A stretch of DNA of 64,000 bases from Azolla caroliniana (lineage: Eukaryota > Plantae > Polypodiophyta). The translations under genes and the position numbers were made by a program. The notes beneath the pieces were generated by a model. It had not been told where the DNA came from, searched no databases, and was given only the letters and a program-made list of their open reading frames with translations. Numbering within the stretch: the stretch's first letter is position 1; every line of letters starts with the position of its first letter. Positions 1 through 13,360 of the stretch are shown here, in pieces. The stretch covers positions 15,996,001 to 16,060,000 of the forward strand of contig JBHGNT010000010.1 in assembly GCA_043228905.1 (NCBI GenBank), written 5' to 3'.

Positions 1-33
1 TGGATCACCCCACGAGAGCCACTCCCATCTAAA

Positions 34-471
34 ATGTTGTACTATAAGGAACACTTCTTGCACTTCTCTCAGTTAGGTTTTATTACACGACTAAGATATT
101 TAGATACATTCTTATCAAATGCACTAAGGGTGGCCATTGGACAACTTAGGATATCATGTCACCAATTTGAGATTGAGAATGGTCAGGCTAATAGAGTCCC
201 TAGAGAGGAAAGGCTATGTAGGTTGTGCCACATAGAGATAGAGGATGAGTATCACTTCACATGCAAGTGCCCAACTTATGCCGAGATACGAGTGGAATAC
301 CAAGGCATATTAGGACCCTCTCCCACCCTCCCCAAACTATTACATACCCCGGATGTAAAGAGACTAGGTAGGTATATCTTAGAGCTAAAACAACATAGGG
401 AGAATAAATTACAAAGTGTTAACCATAACCCTTTTACTATTCATCAACTTGTAACTAGTGTATTTTTTTAA
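34..471 (+). pseudogene. 3' part of a non-LTR retrotransposon (LINE) ORF2 with C-terminal CCHC zinc knuckle
   Basis: Translation contains LRISCHQFEIENG...RLCRLCHIEIEDEYHFTCKCP.Y...R, typical of the C-terminus of L2/RTEX-like LINE ORF2 (clade not established). Confidence 0.75.
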
Positions 472-881
472 GAACAAGGGGAGACGATGAATGTGGATAC
501 ACTTACACCGCTCGGCCTCTCTCTTGAGGAAGCCGAAATGCAAAGAACAACCAAACACCCTCGGATGTTGGGCTTCCAAACAAGTCGACACAGAGTAGAA
601 AGGATTAAGAAGATAAGGGAACGTGAGCTACGTCGACTAGAAGCTATGGTTGGGGTACCTTTTACATTGGGGTCAGGGGCCACATCCACATCGAAACCCT
701 TTGACCTCCTGCTTCTCTTCAAGAGACTTGGATGGAAATGAAATTAGGTCTAGTATAACATCATTTTCATTGTAGAACATGTTTGTTATTTTACTAGAAC
801 TATTTAGCTTAAAACTCTATTTTTATTTTTATTTTTACTTCAATAAATGGGTAAATATCCCATTTTTTGTTGTAAACCATT

Positions 882-950
882 TGTCTCATGGGCCAATTTT
901 GGCCTTAGAAGATGTTAATATATCTTTCTTTCTTTCTCTCTCTCTCCCTC
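882..950 (+). repeat. LINE-type 3' tail: stem-loop plus CTTT/CT microsatellite
   Basis: gtctcatgggccaattttggccttagaagatgttaatatat(cttt)n; related copies at 4259-4298 (+) and 8750-8806 (-). Confidence 0.55.
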
Positions 951-1094
951 ATGTTAACCCCCTTGGGAGGGGAGGGGAGCCATTCTACGCTCCACCGCCT
1001 ACCCCAAAAACACCTAGTGGCGACAACCATTCTCATATCAACACCCAAAACAAGTGTCCACCTTTGCCATGGATAGTTTCTATCTGTATGCCTC

Positions 1095-1392
1095 ACACAA
1101 GTTTCCCACCACAAGAATCTCTTATTGACCGAATGTCGATTTCTTGCTCGAGAAGGTTAGGCGTGTACATCTTCTCGTCTTTGTAAGACCTTCTCGCAAT
1201 CATCGATATGATTTGCCATGAAGCACCTGCACCTATCCTCATCCAAGGTCTTGTGTTTTCCTGGCACCCCTTTATTAAGATGTCATCAAGGAATGGCATG
1301 GTGATATTGGGGATGCAATCTCTCAATACCTTGTTCATTGCATTCACCATGTGGGCAACAAAGTTTGTGTTGCCTTATGGTAGGGTACATAG
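1095..1392 (-). pseudogene. Phygy-like Gypsy reverse transcriptase fragment
   Basis: MVNAMNKVLRDCIPNITMPFLDDILIKGC, almost the same as the RT core of the intact element at 15099-18482. Confidence 0.85.
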
Positions 1393-3560
1393 GTAAAGGT
1401 TTATATTGTTGCTTCGTAGACTTCAAAAAATCTTTTGATATGGTACCTCGTGAGCATATTTGGAGGCAAATGGAATAACTCAAGGTGCCAAGTGAATATA
1501 TGCTTACAATTTCTCGAATCTATGAGAAGGTTATATGTTGTGTGTGTATAGGCGATAGACTTTCAGTTTTTTCCGATAACACTATTGGTGTTATGCAAGA
1601 TGCCCACTTTCACCAACTCTATTTGTGTTATGCTTTGATGAATGGGAAGAAATGGTTGCCTAGTTTGTAAAGATGTAAGGCATTAAAGAAGTTGTCATTG
1701 GAAATGTAGTCATCATGCTTTTGTTATATGCACATGATGTAGTGTTTTTTGCAAATAATTTAGGAGATGCACAAAACCTTACAAAAGCATTGGAAATTTT
1801 TTACATGCATACTAAATTAAGCATCAATAGCTCTAAAACAAAGATTATTCTTGTGAAGAGCCATAAAAAAGATAAATTATGCATTATGTACAATAATGAG
1901 TCTTGAATGTGTGGAAAGCTTCAAATATCTTGGCCTTGAAGTTCTTTCAAATCATAGATGGAATGAATGTGCTACACCCCACTCAGAGGCAAGAAAGAGA
2001 GCATCTTATGCATTTGAGAACACATGCAATCATGGAGATATTAAGTGTTGGGTCCTCAATAAATACTTTTTCGACACTTTGGTGAACCGAATGCTTCTCT
2101 ATGAGGTGGTGGTATCCCTAAATCTACTTGGAAAGAGTTTGAAAATGTCAAGAAACGTTTTCTTACAATGTTTCTTTAAGCTAAGAAACAAATACCATAC
2201 ACCCTCCTCCTTGAGATGGGATCACGTCCCATTGAGATTATGGCCATGGAAATGATTGTTGAATACATTGTTAAGGTTCAAAAAGTCCCTCACATTGACT
2301 TATTGAATAGGAAGCAAGCAAAAAGATCCAAAAGACAAATAAAAGCAAAATTTCGTGTTCTAGTTGGATGTAAGATATGAAAAAATGGTTTGGTAGATGG
2401 GATGCAACACACTTGCTTCATGATGCATCACTAAATTCCTCTAGAAAGGATGCCTTTTTGTAACACCAATGTATCGTGACATGGGACAAACGTGGAGGCT
2501 CATGCTTCACACATTATACTACACATATTGCACTTAACTACAAAACCATATTAAACCACACTTGATTCATGATGCATCGCTAGATTCCTCTAGAAAGGAG
2601 GCCTTTTTGCAACACCAATGTATCATGACATGGGACAAACGTGGAGGCTCATGCTTCACACATTATACTACACATATTGCACTTAACTACAAAACCATAT
2701 TTTTCATAGAATGGGGAAACCATACACATCGATACATGTTCTCTGCCATTCAAACCGTTGCTTCCATGCAACTTAGCTCATATGCATTGCGACGTGAGAC
2801 AGGATGTTGGGGTATCAAGTGATGAGAGTGTTTGACTATGCACACTCTACCCTAAACAAGTTTGAGAGTATGAGTATCACACTTTGATACAATGCTTTGC
2901 CTTTGATCATATTGAACCATTCCACACATCTTCAACCAAATCCAATTCTTGGACGAATTTCTCTCACAACCACAATGTGCACTTCTTGATTGCAACATTC
3001 ATTAGTGAAGTTTAACAATCGGCAACGGTTCGGTTCGGTTTGAGAGGGCAAAACCGAACCGTTAAAAATGTTTGAAACTTGAACCAAATCGAACCACGAA
3101 ACCATTTAACTGAACAATTAAAAAAATTTCAAACCATTAAACCATTAAAACCATGGTTTCGTGGTTCGGTTTTGGTTTTCAAGTTAGGTCAAAATTCAAA
3201 ATTTAAAATATTTCATTATTTTAAATTTTCAAAATTTTAAAGATTTTCCTAAAATGTGAGAATAAGGCCTGAAAATGAAAAGATTGTTTTAACAGCAATT
3301 TTTTAACAGTTTAAAAATAAAAAACCATTTAAACCGCGGTTTCTATCTGTTGAAACCGAGCCGAACCATTTTAAAAAAAACCTGAACCTGAAACGAACCG
3401 TTTAAACTGTTAAGCCGTGGTTTCGCAATTCAGCAACGGTTCGGTTAGTGAAGTTCTTCTTGAACATCGAGAGTCGCTACTCACTTTCAAATGTATAACG
3501 TGAAATGTAATATTTCTGGTCTCAAAGATTCATAGATCATATGCGGCCTCCGAATAGCAT
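1392..3560 (+). mobile_element. Degenerate 5'-truncated LINE (RT to C-terminus), interrupted by a MITE
   Basis: Frameshifted motifs CFVDFKKSFDMV, LLLYAHDVVF (YADD-like) and FKYLGL; internal ~147-bp tandem duplication at about 2409-2552/2556-2702. 3' boundary approximate. Confidence 0.75.
3013..3447. mobile_element. Non-autonomous hAT-like MITE rich in AACCG/CGGTT motifs
   Basis: Flanked by direct repeat GTGAAGTT (3005-3012, 3448-3455); termini TAAC...GTTA with a degenerate TIR; AT-rich core. Confidence 0.6.
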
Positions 3561-3816
3561 TACGACTTGAGTTTGAAACCCAAAGTTCTCTCACCTCTCT
3601 ATTGCTCCAATATGTACATACATACATATCCTTATCCTTCTTAATTTACTAGAAGATGCTCATGCCATTGTGAAATGAAATTGTAAGGGTTTGAACCCAT
3701 GACCTCCTCCTGCTCTCTATTACACTCTCTCTCTCACACACAAGACCCTGAGGTATGTATCATTGTGTGCAGGGGATGGAGGGATAAGAGCGTGAGTGTG
3801 GTTCAGTGGGCGGGCC

Positions 3817-6800
3817 ATGGCATCTCAAGCTCAGCTGCGCCCTGATTCCCTCCCACACTGCCATGCCCATGCCCTGAAATCTGCAACACTGCATAGAAGG
3901 AACCATTGCTTCTCCGCCCTCTATCTGTCTCCATCACCATCACCATCACCATCATCTACCATCACCATCACCATCACCAACCCTCATCCTCATCTCCATC
4001 CCCACCTTCATATCATCGGTAAGCAACACCATGGCCCAACATTGCCCAATGTGATTCCAAGGCGTGGCGGTCGCTCCTTCACACTTGCTTTCGCCAAGTC
4101 GGGTTCTGATACCAGCACTTCATTACAAGAAGAAGAAGAAGAAGAAGAAGAAGAAGAAGCAGAAGAAGAAGGAAATGGTGAAAGACCTGTGGGTGTCTAT
4201 GATCCTGACCAAGAAGAGGATGTTGCGAATTGTCAAGAAATCTTAAGGGTGAGTACACTTTTTGGTCTTAGAAGACGTTAATATATCTTTCTTTCTTTCT
4301 ACCTACCAAAGGTGGTTTTTACTCATAATGTTTACCTATATAAGGGCATCCTTTTTATTTTTATTAAGGTTAATTCACAATCTTAAGTGTGTGGAATCTT
4401 TTCTCTTCGAAATCTCTTCATACGTAAGGGTATCATTTTTATTTTATTAAGGTTTCCCAGTGAGTGTAATCCTTTTCTGACACTTTATTTTTTACATACG
4501 TAAGGAGTGCTACTGGTTGGGGGAGAGGATATGCAGAGCAATTAAAGAAACAATGCATTTTTGTTCATGAAATGTCTATGAATAAAATGGTTCACATAAG
4601 GCCTGTTTTACATATTATTTAAACTCTACATACGGAATGGTAGAATTTTAGGGGAAGATACATTGATTAAATCGATAAAGGGTGTGTTTTTATTCATAAA
4701 AAGTATAGTTGATTGGGTAGTAATATAAAATAGTTAGGACTCTGCCACATGCTGACTGAGGTAGTAAATAACTGTTGGAAGGTTTTGGGAAGATGGTCTT
4801 AAAGAAATTCAAAATAACATTACAAGGCTATTGCGATTCTTCTTGGGTAACTATGTTATGCATCATTTTTTCATTTTTTCTTTAAAATGTTAAATTGGTA
4901 ACATTTGTTAATATTAGAGATGTATTATTTGATCTATTACAGTTTATGAGTGAACATGCTTTCACCTGCATTTGATTCATAATAAATCCATACAGAAGGG
5001 GCTCTTTACTATAGATGCACCCTTCAGCATAAGTCCTTGATAATGCATTATCTACATACAGAAAGCAATGTTTACAAGGGGGGATAACTGGACTGAAACT
5101 TGAGAAATTGGTATGTAAGGGTTATTATTATTATTCACACTCAAGTTCTTTAAGATGTATCCAAATTTCTCTAGTATCTAATTTTAAGCTACAAGAAAAG
5201 ACAACGATCTAGAAGAAATGCTAATGATGATATCAAGAAATTCAAGTACTAGTAATGATATCAAGTACTAATAATGATGCTGGCACACATCCACTTATAT
5301 ATAACTCTCATCTACAATGGCAACATTCCTACCGTGGGCAAAGGTCATAGTCACATATGGGTTCTTGAAGCTGCATCCTCATTTTTCTTTAGTATTGCCA
5401 TATAATGTACAATGAAAAGATATGCAGTTCAAACTTCGGGCAATGCCATACTTGTATAAAACAGAGATACATTGTGTCTTTCGTTTTGCTAGAACATTCA
5501 ACATCTTCCTGTTTTGTGTACCGTAGTTTTTATAAAATTGTTTTGAGGAGCAAATTGCTATTTCATGCTCCAAAGGCTTTCTAAACTAGTTTTCAAGAAA
5601 TTCATGAACGTTAAATTATAAGCTCGAGACTTACTGTCTTGAAGCAACACAATAAAACATGCATGAAATTTGCTAGAAATGCATCCGTGCTTTTTAGCCA
5701 CTACAAACTTGTTCTTTCCACTTCATTCATTGGCATTCCCACATTTTCTTGATTTCTTTTTCAACATTCTTAACTTGTTGCTGATATGTTTGCATACTTG
5801 GCTAGTTTTATGCACGGTAGAAATACAAATTTCCATATTGTCTTTGCCATCCTTTTGTCATTTTTCTATAACTTGACTCATGGAGACCAAGGTAACATAG
5901 TTGAATTAGAATTCTACTTCCATTGGCACTGGCAAATATTCTTTAAGCAGGAAACCATATTGTTTCAAGTTTAATCCATTCTTTATTGTCCTTTTAAAAT
6001 TCAAGTAATTAGGTGTAGGAGTAGTTTAATTCTTTTCAGTGCTGAAGTTTGTCTCAATACATAGGTAAGAAGATAGAAACAATTGATGGAAATATCAATA
6101 AATGATTTTGTAAACCAGAAATTTTAAATTCTCATATAATTCTGTGAATCAAAGAAACTTATCAGAAAAAATAATCTTGCAGGTGCTGGAGATTCTCAAA
6201 GACAAGCGGGATATGCCTTTTAATGAGGTTGGACATCCTATACCTGTCTGTTGAATGCTTCTATAAACATGCACAAGATGAATTTATTGCTAAACATAAT
6301 TGGAACACTACACATCAGCAGTAGTAATCCATTATGTCTGTGTTTTCTCAGTTTATAAAATTTACAGGGCGTTGGGAAAGAAATCGTTTGTTTCTGATTC
6401 AATTTCTATTCTTTGTGCAATATGCTTCATATGCTCAAGGTCTTTGCTCCTTGGAGGAGTTTTTTCAATATGAATCCCCTAAATTGAATTTAACCTTGCT
6501 ATTGCATTTGTCAGTAACAAAAGCTTTTGTAAAAGCAATGGTTTTTCTTTCTGGGATGTATTACGATATTTTCAAGTGAAGGACGAGAAGTTCTATTTGA
6601 GCTCATAAGATGTGGTGTGTTTAAATAGTCTTCAAAATAATTCTGATTCACGGTGTGCTTTGGTACTGGTATAGTATCAGCAATCAAGTTCTCATTTTGT
6701 GCTGTACTGTTTTTAGTCTATGTTAGTTGGGTGTGAAATATCAAATCAGTTAACAAATGAGTATATCCAGTACCTAATGCTGTCTGGATTTCCTTTGTTG

Positions 6801-8936
6801 TTTAATATTTGATTTATTTATATGCATATGAAATTAAGTCTATTCTGATTTAAAGGGAATTGTTTCTGAACTTAGGAATCCTCAGTTGCATCTAATGTTT
6901 GATTGCTTTATGTGCAGATTGAGCTAATTCTATTCTGATTTAGAATTGAATTCTTTCTGAAATTGAAGAGGTCTCTGCTGCATCTAAAGTTTGATTGACC
7001 TATGTACCCATTGAGCTTGTTCCATTCTGATTTAGAAAAGTGAAATTGTTGAACATGGGATTCTTTTTGCATGTAATATGCAGTTTCTGATTTGGAAGTT
7101 AAATTTACGTTGCTATGGCAGGTGAGGTTGACAATAATGATTGAAGATCCAAGAGAAGAGGAACGGCGAGAAGAGCTTGCTGTAGAGAATGAACGAGGTT
7201 GTTCTCGGGAGGATATGGCAGCTGCATTGGTGGATGTAAGTGACAATAACTATACATTTTACCATGTTCTGACATGTCATAAACCTCTTTTCAGTCAGAT
7301 CTCTCAATTTCTTAATATAAGGCTTCACCTCATTAATGGTTATTTCTCTTGATAAATGCCATGTTGGTCACCATTTTTATTATATAAGGTATATGAAGGT
7401 AGAATTCCTTCTGATCGGCTTGTTTTACGTGAACTCACAAAGGAGATGATTGGCTGGCCCAACCTTGAGGTATGTCAGTATTTGAAAATTACATTTTCGC
7501 CAAAGAGTTGGAAATCTGTCATTGGAAATCATAGTTGTTAAAAAATGCATATTCTATGTTTAGAATATATTTTAGAATACTCTAAAGTATTCTACTCGTA
7601 TTCTATGTTTTAGAACTGCCATTTTTCAAAATTTCACGTATTCTAAAAATTTGATGTATTCTACGTATTTAACAAGTATATATCATTTCAGAAAAGTTTA
7701 AAATTTTTAAAATTTTTAAAAATGTGTTTCTTTTGAAAAAAGAACTTTAAATTTTAAGAAGTATTTAACGTATTTTACAAGTATTCTACGCGTATTCTAA
7801 GTACTTAATGTATTTTATCTGTAAAATATGTATTCTAATTATTTAAAAAAAAAGTTAGAATACTTGTAGAATAGTTAGGATACGTATTCTACACGTATTG
7901 TATGTGAAGTATTCGACAACGATGTTGGAAATGAAGATTTGAATCTTTTGGTGCGAATATTTCTTTAATTTAAGGTTTTTTGCCTTCAAATTTAAAATTC
8001 AAAGACATCTTGACAATGCAAATTATACTAAACTTGGGATTTTTTGAACCATCTTGATCCCTAGAAACATATTGTCACAAGGCCTATGTTGTTCCTTTCA
8101 GGATGAACTAGAAGATTCTCCGAGCACTCCTACAGTTTCACCTTATGCTCAAACTACAGATACTGGTGTGGATCCAAGAATAAAAGCCCAAAGGCTGAAG
8201 GTTGATTGGGATGAAGCTGCAGAAATTCAACCTGGGGAAGAATCGGATGATCCAAATGTGCCACCTGTTGTGGTATGTTGTTCCATCTAGTAGCAGAACT
8301 TAGTTTCATAAGAAAATCTTTATATTTGATTACAGACAAATAAACTTATCCTTCCTATGTGAACAATGGAGATTCGCTTCGTAGCTGCTAGTTGATAACG
8401 AATTTCCCGTAAAGTATTCATTTGTGACCCTTCAGCGCTATATCTCTCTTATCTGTCAGTAACACAACCTTCTATAGAATTTAGCTACCCCACTAATGCT
8501 CTCATCAGCCTTCCTATACATTGTTCAGAAGGTGGTTTCAAAATTTGCTTGGTGATTCCCAATTTAATGTGTGTATACAACAGGTATTATACTTGATTAG
8601 ACCACAACTTTCTGTTCAGCCAATTGGGTGTATATACTTCCTAGATAACATAGTCCTACCATGATGTATATACAAAAGGTATTGTCCTTGAGTAGACCAG
8701 TACTATTGTTATGGCTTCCTTTTCAGCTAACAGGGTGTATGCACCATTAAGAGAGAGAGAGAGAGAGATTAACGTCTTTTAAGAGGCCAAAAGGCCCAAT
8801 AAGACCAAACAAGAGTTTCATTTTAGGTGTTGTTTTCTCTTTGCAGGGTTTCAGCGTTTTGTATTTGGTTAGTGCTATACCCATTATAATTGGAGCGGCA
8901 GTTGTAGCAATTCTTTATTCCAATTCTTTCCGATAG
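3817..8936 (+). CDS. Y3IP1: Ycf3-interacting protein 1 / CEST (thylakoid PSI assembly factor), about 310 aa; exons 3817-4248, 6183-6227, 7122-7235, 7389-7469, 8102-8272, 8847-8936
   Basis: GT-AG phase-0 introns join to give ...VLEILKDKRDMPFNEVRLTIMIEDPRE...WPNLE...YAQTTDTGVDP...DWDEAAEI...LYLVSAIPIIIGAAVVAILYSNSFR*, matching the remembered Arabidopsis Y3IP1/CEST motifs; Ser/Pro-rich transit-peptide-like N-terminus and a C-terminal transmembrane helix. Confidence 0.92.
3931..4170 (+). repeat. Coding microsatellites (CCATCA)n and (GAA)n in Y3IP1 exon 1
   Basis: Direct reading; they encode PSPSPS/TITITIT and a poly-Glu run. Confidence 0.9.
7530..7924. mobile_element. hAT-type MITE in Y3IP1 intron 4
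   Basis: 8-bp TSD TTGGAAAT (7522-7529, 7925-7932); imperfect TIR CATAGTTGTTAAA / TTCGACAACGATG; internal GTATTCTA repeats. Confidence 0.85.
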
Positions 8937-9199
8937 AAAATATTTGCACTACTCTTTGCATTGTGTATGTTGTATGAAAGATTGTATAACAGCAAACAAG
9001 AAGTTTAATATATTTCATACTCTTGTGTTGCCTTTCAAACAACCAAGGTCTACCTTTTTTAATGTCAGGTCTACATATGATGAAGTGATGTCATCATATT
9101 ATGTGAATTGGGAAGTCGAACTTCAATGATTGCTTTTATAAGCAACACCTCTCTGCAACTTGATAATATCGTTGGAAATATAAGGGCAATGTTTGTAAA

Positions 9200-10010
9200 T
9201 GTAATAACAAGTACAATCATAAGGAGCAAATAGAGATACTTGAACCAACAAAGTTACATAAGAGATACCAAAACAACGTCCCCATAATGGAGTTGAGGAT
9301 CTGGATACCTACTCTTGATATCCACAAAAAATGTCACATGGGCAGGGCACTTAAATGTACAAGTACAAAGATGGACATGTGCACATGCTACAAAAAGCAA
9401 ATTTTATCATAGGATTGCATAGCAATGTAGGCAAACATACATAATGAATTAGACAAAGGGTAGGGATTTGGGAATAATAGCCTAAAGAAAATCATTTTTT
9501 TATTGCTTAATAATATTTCTTAATAAAGTTATTGCTGATTTGTTTAAGATAGACATCAAGTAATAGGTCTATAGGTCTCATTGCATAATGATTCTTAAAT
9601 ATTTATGGTGTACATGATATGACCATAGATGTCATGATGTTTCCTTTCCACTGTGAATTGATATTAAGATTTGAGGCAAATAGGACTTGAACTCTCTTCC
9701 AAAAGTTAAAATCATAGGCATGCAAAATTATTCAAATATGATCAATGACACAAGATAATGATTCCAAAGAGAACAAGCAAGATTTAAAGAGAGCAAAGAT
9801 GTTTATTATGTCTTTTAATAGGCTAGCATGACATATGACACCAAAAGGATGGACATAATTCTCTACTTGATCAAGAAATGAAAATTAAACAAACCCTAAA
9901 TATTCAAAGCCCCATGGGATACCCACATATCTATTTTACCACTGTGCTTCTAGATTGGAGGAAGCTCTTTATAATGGCTCTTATATTTCTATGGAGATGA
10001 TCTTAAGTAA
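9200..10010 (-). pseudogene. Possible highly decayed L1-like LINE remnant
   Basis: Minus strand near 9910-9935 reads RYVGIPWG (KYLGxP-like motif); no long ORF, boundaries approximate. Confidence 0.3.
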
Positions 10011-10949
10011 AATTATCAACCCCAAGTTGTCAATTTATCCCCATATATACTCTTAAAGTGCACATTTTGTGAAAGTGCCCCAAATAGGGAGTAGCTATTG
10101 TGTAACCCAACCATATGGGTCGATAAGGTGTCAATTTAGGATAGGACACAATGTATTTAGGAAAGAGCGAAGTAGGCTAATAGGATTGACTAATCAAGTC
10201 AACTAGAATATTTTGTGGGAAAGTTACGATGTACTTAGTCTTGAAGTATGTGACATTGACTTTAAGATAAGTGTTGCCTAGCACTAGCTTGTATCTAGGG
10301 AGCTAGGTCATATTAAAGGACAAGTCAATTGACAGAAAAGGAATATTTCCACTATTATCAACTGACTCGCACATTTAATGATACACTCAAACCAAACAAA
10401 GAATATAATCCGCTCTTTTATACAATGGTTGTGACCATTATTGGTCCCCACTAATTTTGTAGTGAGCCGGTCCAGATCCCATCTAAGCTCTAAGGTGTGA
10501 GCGCATGGGTGTACCATTGTGAGCTACTCTCATAAGCAATGAAACGTTTGTTTTCATATATCCATCTCTGTGATTGTACCTCTATATGTCTATCTAATCG
10601 ACTCTCAATTTTTCTAACAAATGTGTCATTCTTCTCCCATGTATCTTACACATCTATGAGCCCTTAGTTCAACTCTTTCGAAGGTGATGTGAATAGTATA
10701 TTGGCACCATAAATTGACATATTCACATTTGTGGGGCCTATCCCACGAATTCATACGAATGCATGTAAATGTATTCGTTTTCTTCTTCTTCTCTTTTCTT
10801 TTAAAAAAAAAAAAAAAAAACTGGTTTTTTCCTGAGAGCGAAAGAATGAGCAGCAAGCGAGGAAGCCTCACCCTACTCCCTGTGCGTGCTACACTCGCTT
10901 TCCTCTGCATCTTGTTGGAGGGTGGTAGCTCCAGACTCTCTCTCTCTTT

Positions 10950-12158
10950 CATATTTATTATCTCAATCTGATCTTCCTCTCTCGTTTTGGGGTGAAGCTG
11001 TCAACACAGCAGTCTACATCATCAACTGCTGCCCAACAAAAGCAGTTGCTAGAATGACGCCTGAAGAAGCATTTACAGGTGTAAAGCCCTCAATATCTCA
11101 TTTTAAAGTCTTTGGTTGTGATGCTTATGTTCACATTTCAGATCATAAAAGGACGAAATTTGAGTCCAAAACCAAGAAATGCAAATTTCTTGGTTACAAC
11201 ACACAATCTAAAGCATACAGGTTATGGGATTTAGAGTCAAAGTCCCTAGTCATATCTAGGGATGTTCATTTTGTGGAGTCTCAGCCGGATAACTCTAGGA
11301 TTTCACCTGAGTTCATGGTTGAAATCCAAGCTCCTCCGGAATCTCCTATTTTAGACGAAGATGTCTCATCTTCAAGCCCCCCATCTCCTCCTACTCAATC
11401 TCTAACTTCACCAACAATTCAAACCTCTCCCTCAACTCCACTTGTTTCCACTCCCTCTACAAACCAGCTTCCACCACTTCCCAAGTGGCTTCAAGCCACC
11501 ATTCGTGATTCTCATCTCTCCGATGTTGAACTTCATGAGTATACATCTGGTTCTCGAACACGTAAGTCACAACAGCCTCTTCACTCATGCAACTTTGCCT
11601 TATTGTGCACTGTTGTGCAATCAAAAGAACCCACAACAGCAAAAGAGGCCCTTGTTCTTCCAAAGTGGAAAGCAGCAATGGAAGTTGAACTTGATTCCAT
11701 TGAGCGGAATCATACATGGGAGCTGGTCCCACGGCCTCCACATCGACAAGTCATTGGATTGAAATGGATTTTCAAGACCAAATACCATGCTGATGGTACT
11801 TTGGATAAGCACAAGGCACGTTTAGTGGCAAAAGGCTACTCACAAGTTGAAGGAGTGGATTATGAGGAAACTTTTGCTCCAACAGCAAGGTACACATGTA
11901 TCCGATGTGCGCTTGCACTTGCTGCTCACAACAAATGGGCCAATTTTCAAATGGATGTCAAGTCAGCCTTCCTTAACGGTGACTTGAAAGAGGAGGTTTA
12001 TGTTGAACAGCCTCCAGCTTTCGAGATTTTAGAGCAGAAAAACATGGTCTACAGGTTACACAAAGCCTTGTATGGCTTAAAGCAACCTCCCAAAGCTTGG
12101 CATGACAAAATTGATAGCTTCTTTCTCTCTCTTGGGTTTCAGAACTGTTAAGTTGACA

Positions 12159-12162
<4 letters not shown>
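10950..12162 (+). mobile_element. Ty1/Copia pol fragment (integrase C-terminus, GKGY/SH3-like region, RT N-half)
   Basis: FWGEAVNTAVYIIN, FKVFGCDAY, KKCKFLGY, KWIFKTK...KARLVAKGYSQ.EGVDYEETFAP, QMDVKSAFLNG, KALYGLKQ; stop at 12149. Confidence 0.93.

Positions 12163-12251
<89 letters not shown>
12163..12251. repeat. Compound (CT)n(AT)n microsatellite
   Basis: Direct reading. Confidence 0.97.
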
Positions 12252-12254
<3 letters not shown>

Positions 12255-13260
12255 AAGGAATAGACCCTTCTATCCACCTTCTTATCTCGGCCACAACCGA
12301 TTAATCGCGGATCAATGGAGCAGAAAATAGGAAACACACGTAGAAACAAAACGAAGAAACGCGAGTACACAAGGATTAACGTGGAAAACCCTAAACGGGG
12401 AAAAACCACGGGAGTACAAGACTCCAAACAACACTATACAGAGAAGTATACAATGACGAGCTCCAAGGCGACGACCTTGAGCTCGCTGTCCTCGCCACAG
12501 GCGGCGGAAATACACAGAGGCGTCTACCTCTTTCTCTCTCGCGCTCTCTCTCTCTCTCTCTCTCACGGCTGCTCTCTCTTCACTCCTCTAAAGTGGAAAA
12601 ACAGAAAAATGAGAAGCAACTAAAAAACTGTTTGCCCTAAGTCATATTTATACTTATATGACTTTGGGCTATTTACAACTATAGCCTCAGGGGGCTCGTA
12701 GCGAACATATTCACGGATATGTCCCTGCATCCGGATCGCTCTCCGGGTACATTCGTCATCCGGCACCGAAGCCGGGGTCTTCGTCATCCGGATCCGAAAC
12801 CGAAACCGGGCTTGTCGGCATTCATCTCCGATATCCGACCATCCCATCCGAAAGGGACCGAAATCCCAACAAACTCCCCCTTCACTTCGGCATGGGATGT
12901 CTTTCCAATCCGATCCTCTTCCGGCATGCTTCCAGCTTGTCGGGTGTGAGCACCTTGGTCAGCATATCCGACCCGTTCTCGTCGGTGTGGATCTTCGTCA
13001 GCACGAACTCCTTGTCTTCTATCCTTTCCCGGATCCAGTGGTATCTACGCTGGATGTGTTTCGTCCGGGAGTGATAGGCTGCGTTCTTCGCAAGGTGGAT
13101 GGCACTCTGACTGTCGCAGTAGAGTCGGTACTCCTCTTGCCGGATACCGAGCTCTCTAATGAAGTCCTTCATCCATATTATTTCCTTGCCGGCTTCAACA
13201 GCTGCCATGTACTCCGCCTCCGTGGTTGACAACGCAACCGTCTTCTGCAGCCTCGACTGC
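12252..13260 (-). mobile_element. Copia 3' end: 3' LTR 12252-12871, PPT, RNase H
   Basis: LTR TG...CA; minus-strand PPT AAGGGGGAG next to the LTR; QKTVALSTTEAEY...CDSQSAIHLAKN...HSRTKHI...SDMLTK. Confidence 0.9.
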
Positions 13261-13360
13261 NNNNNNNNNNNNNNNNNNNNNNNNNNNNNNNNNNNNNNNN
13301 NNNNNNNNNNNNNNNNNNNNNNNNNNNNNNNNNNNNNNNNNNNNNNNNNNNNNNNNNNNN
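13261..13360. other. Assembly gap (100 N)
   Basis: Run of N. Confidence 1.

Noticed and set aside
487-741. 84-aa ORF after the LINE ORF2 fragment
   Set aside because: No motif or splice support; lies in the probable LINE 3' region.
10020-10620. Solo LTR ending ...TAACA
   Set aside because: Could not identify a matching TG start with a TSD.
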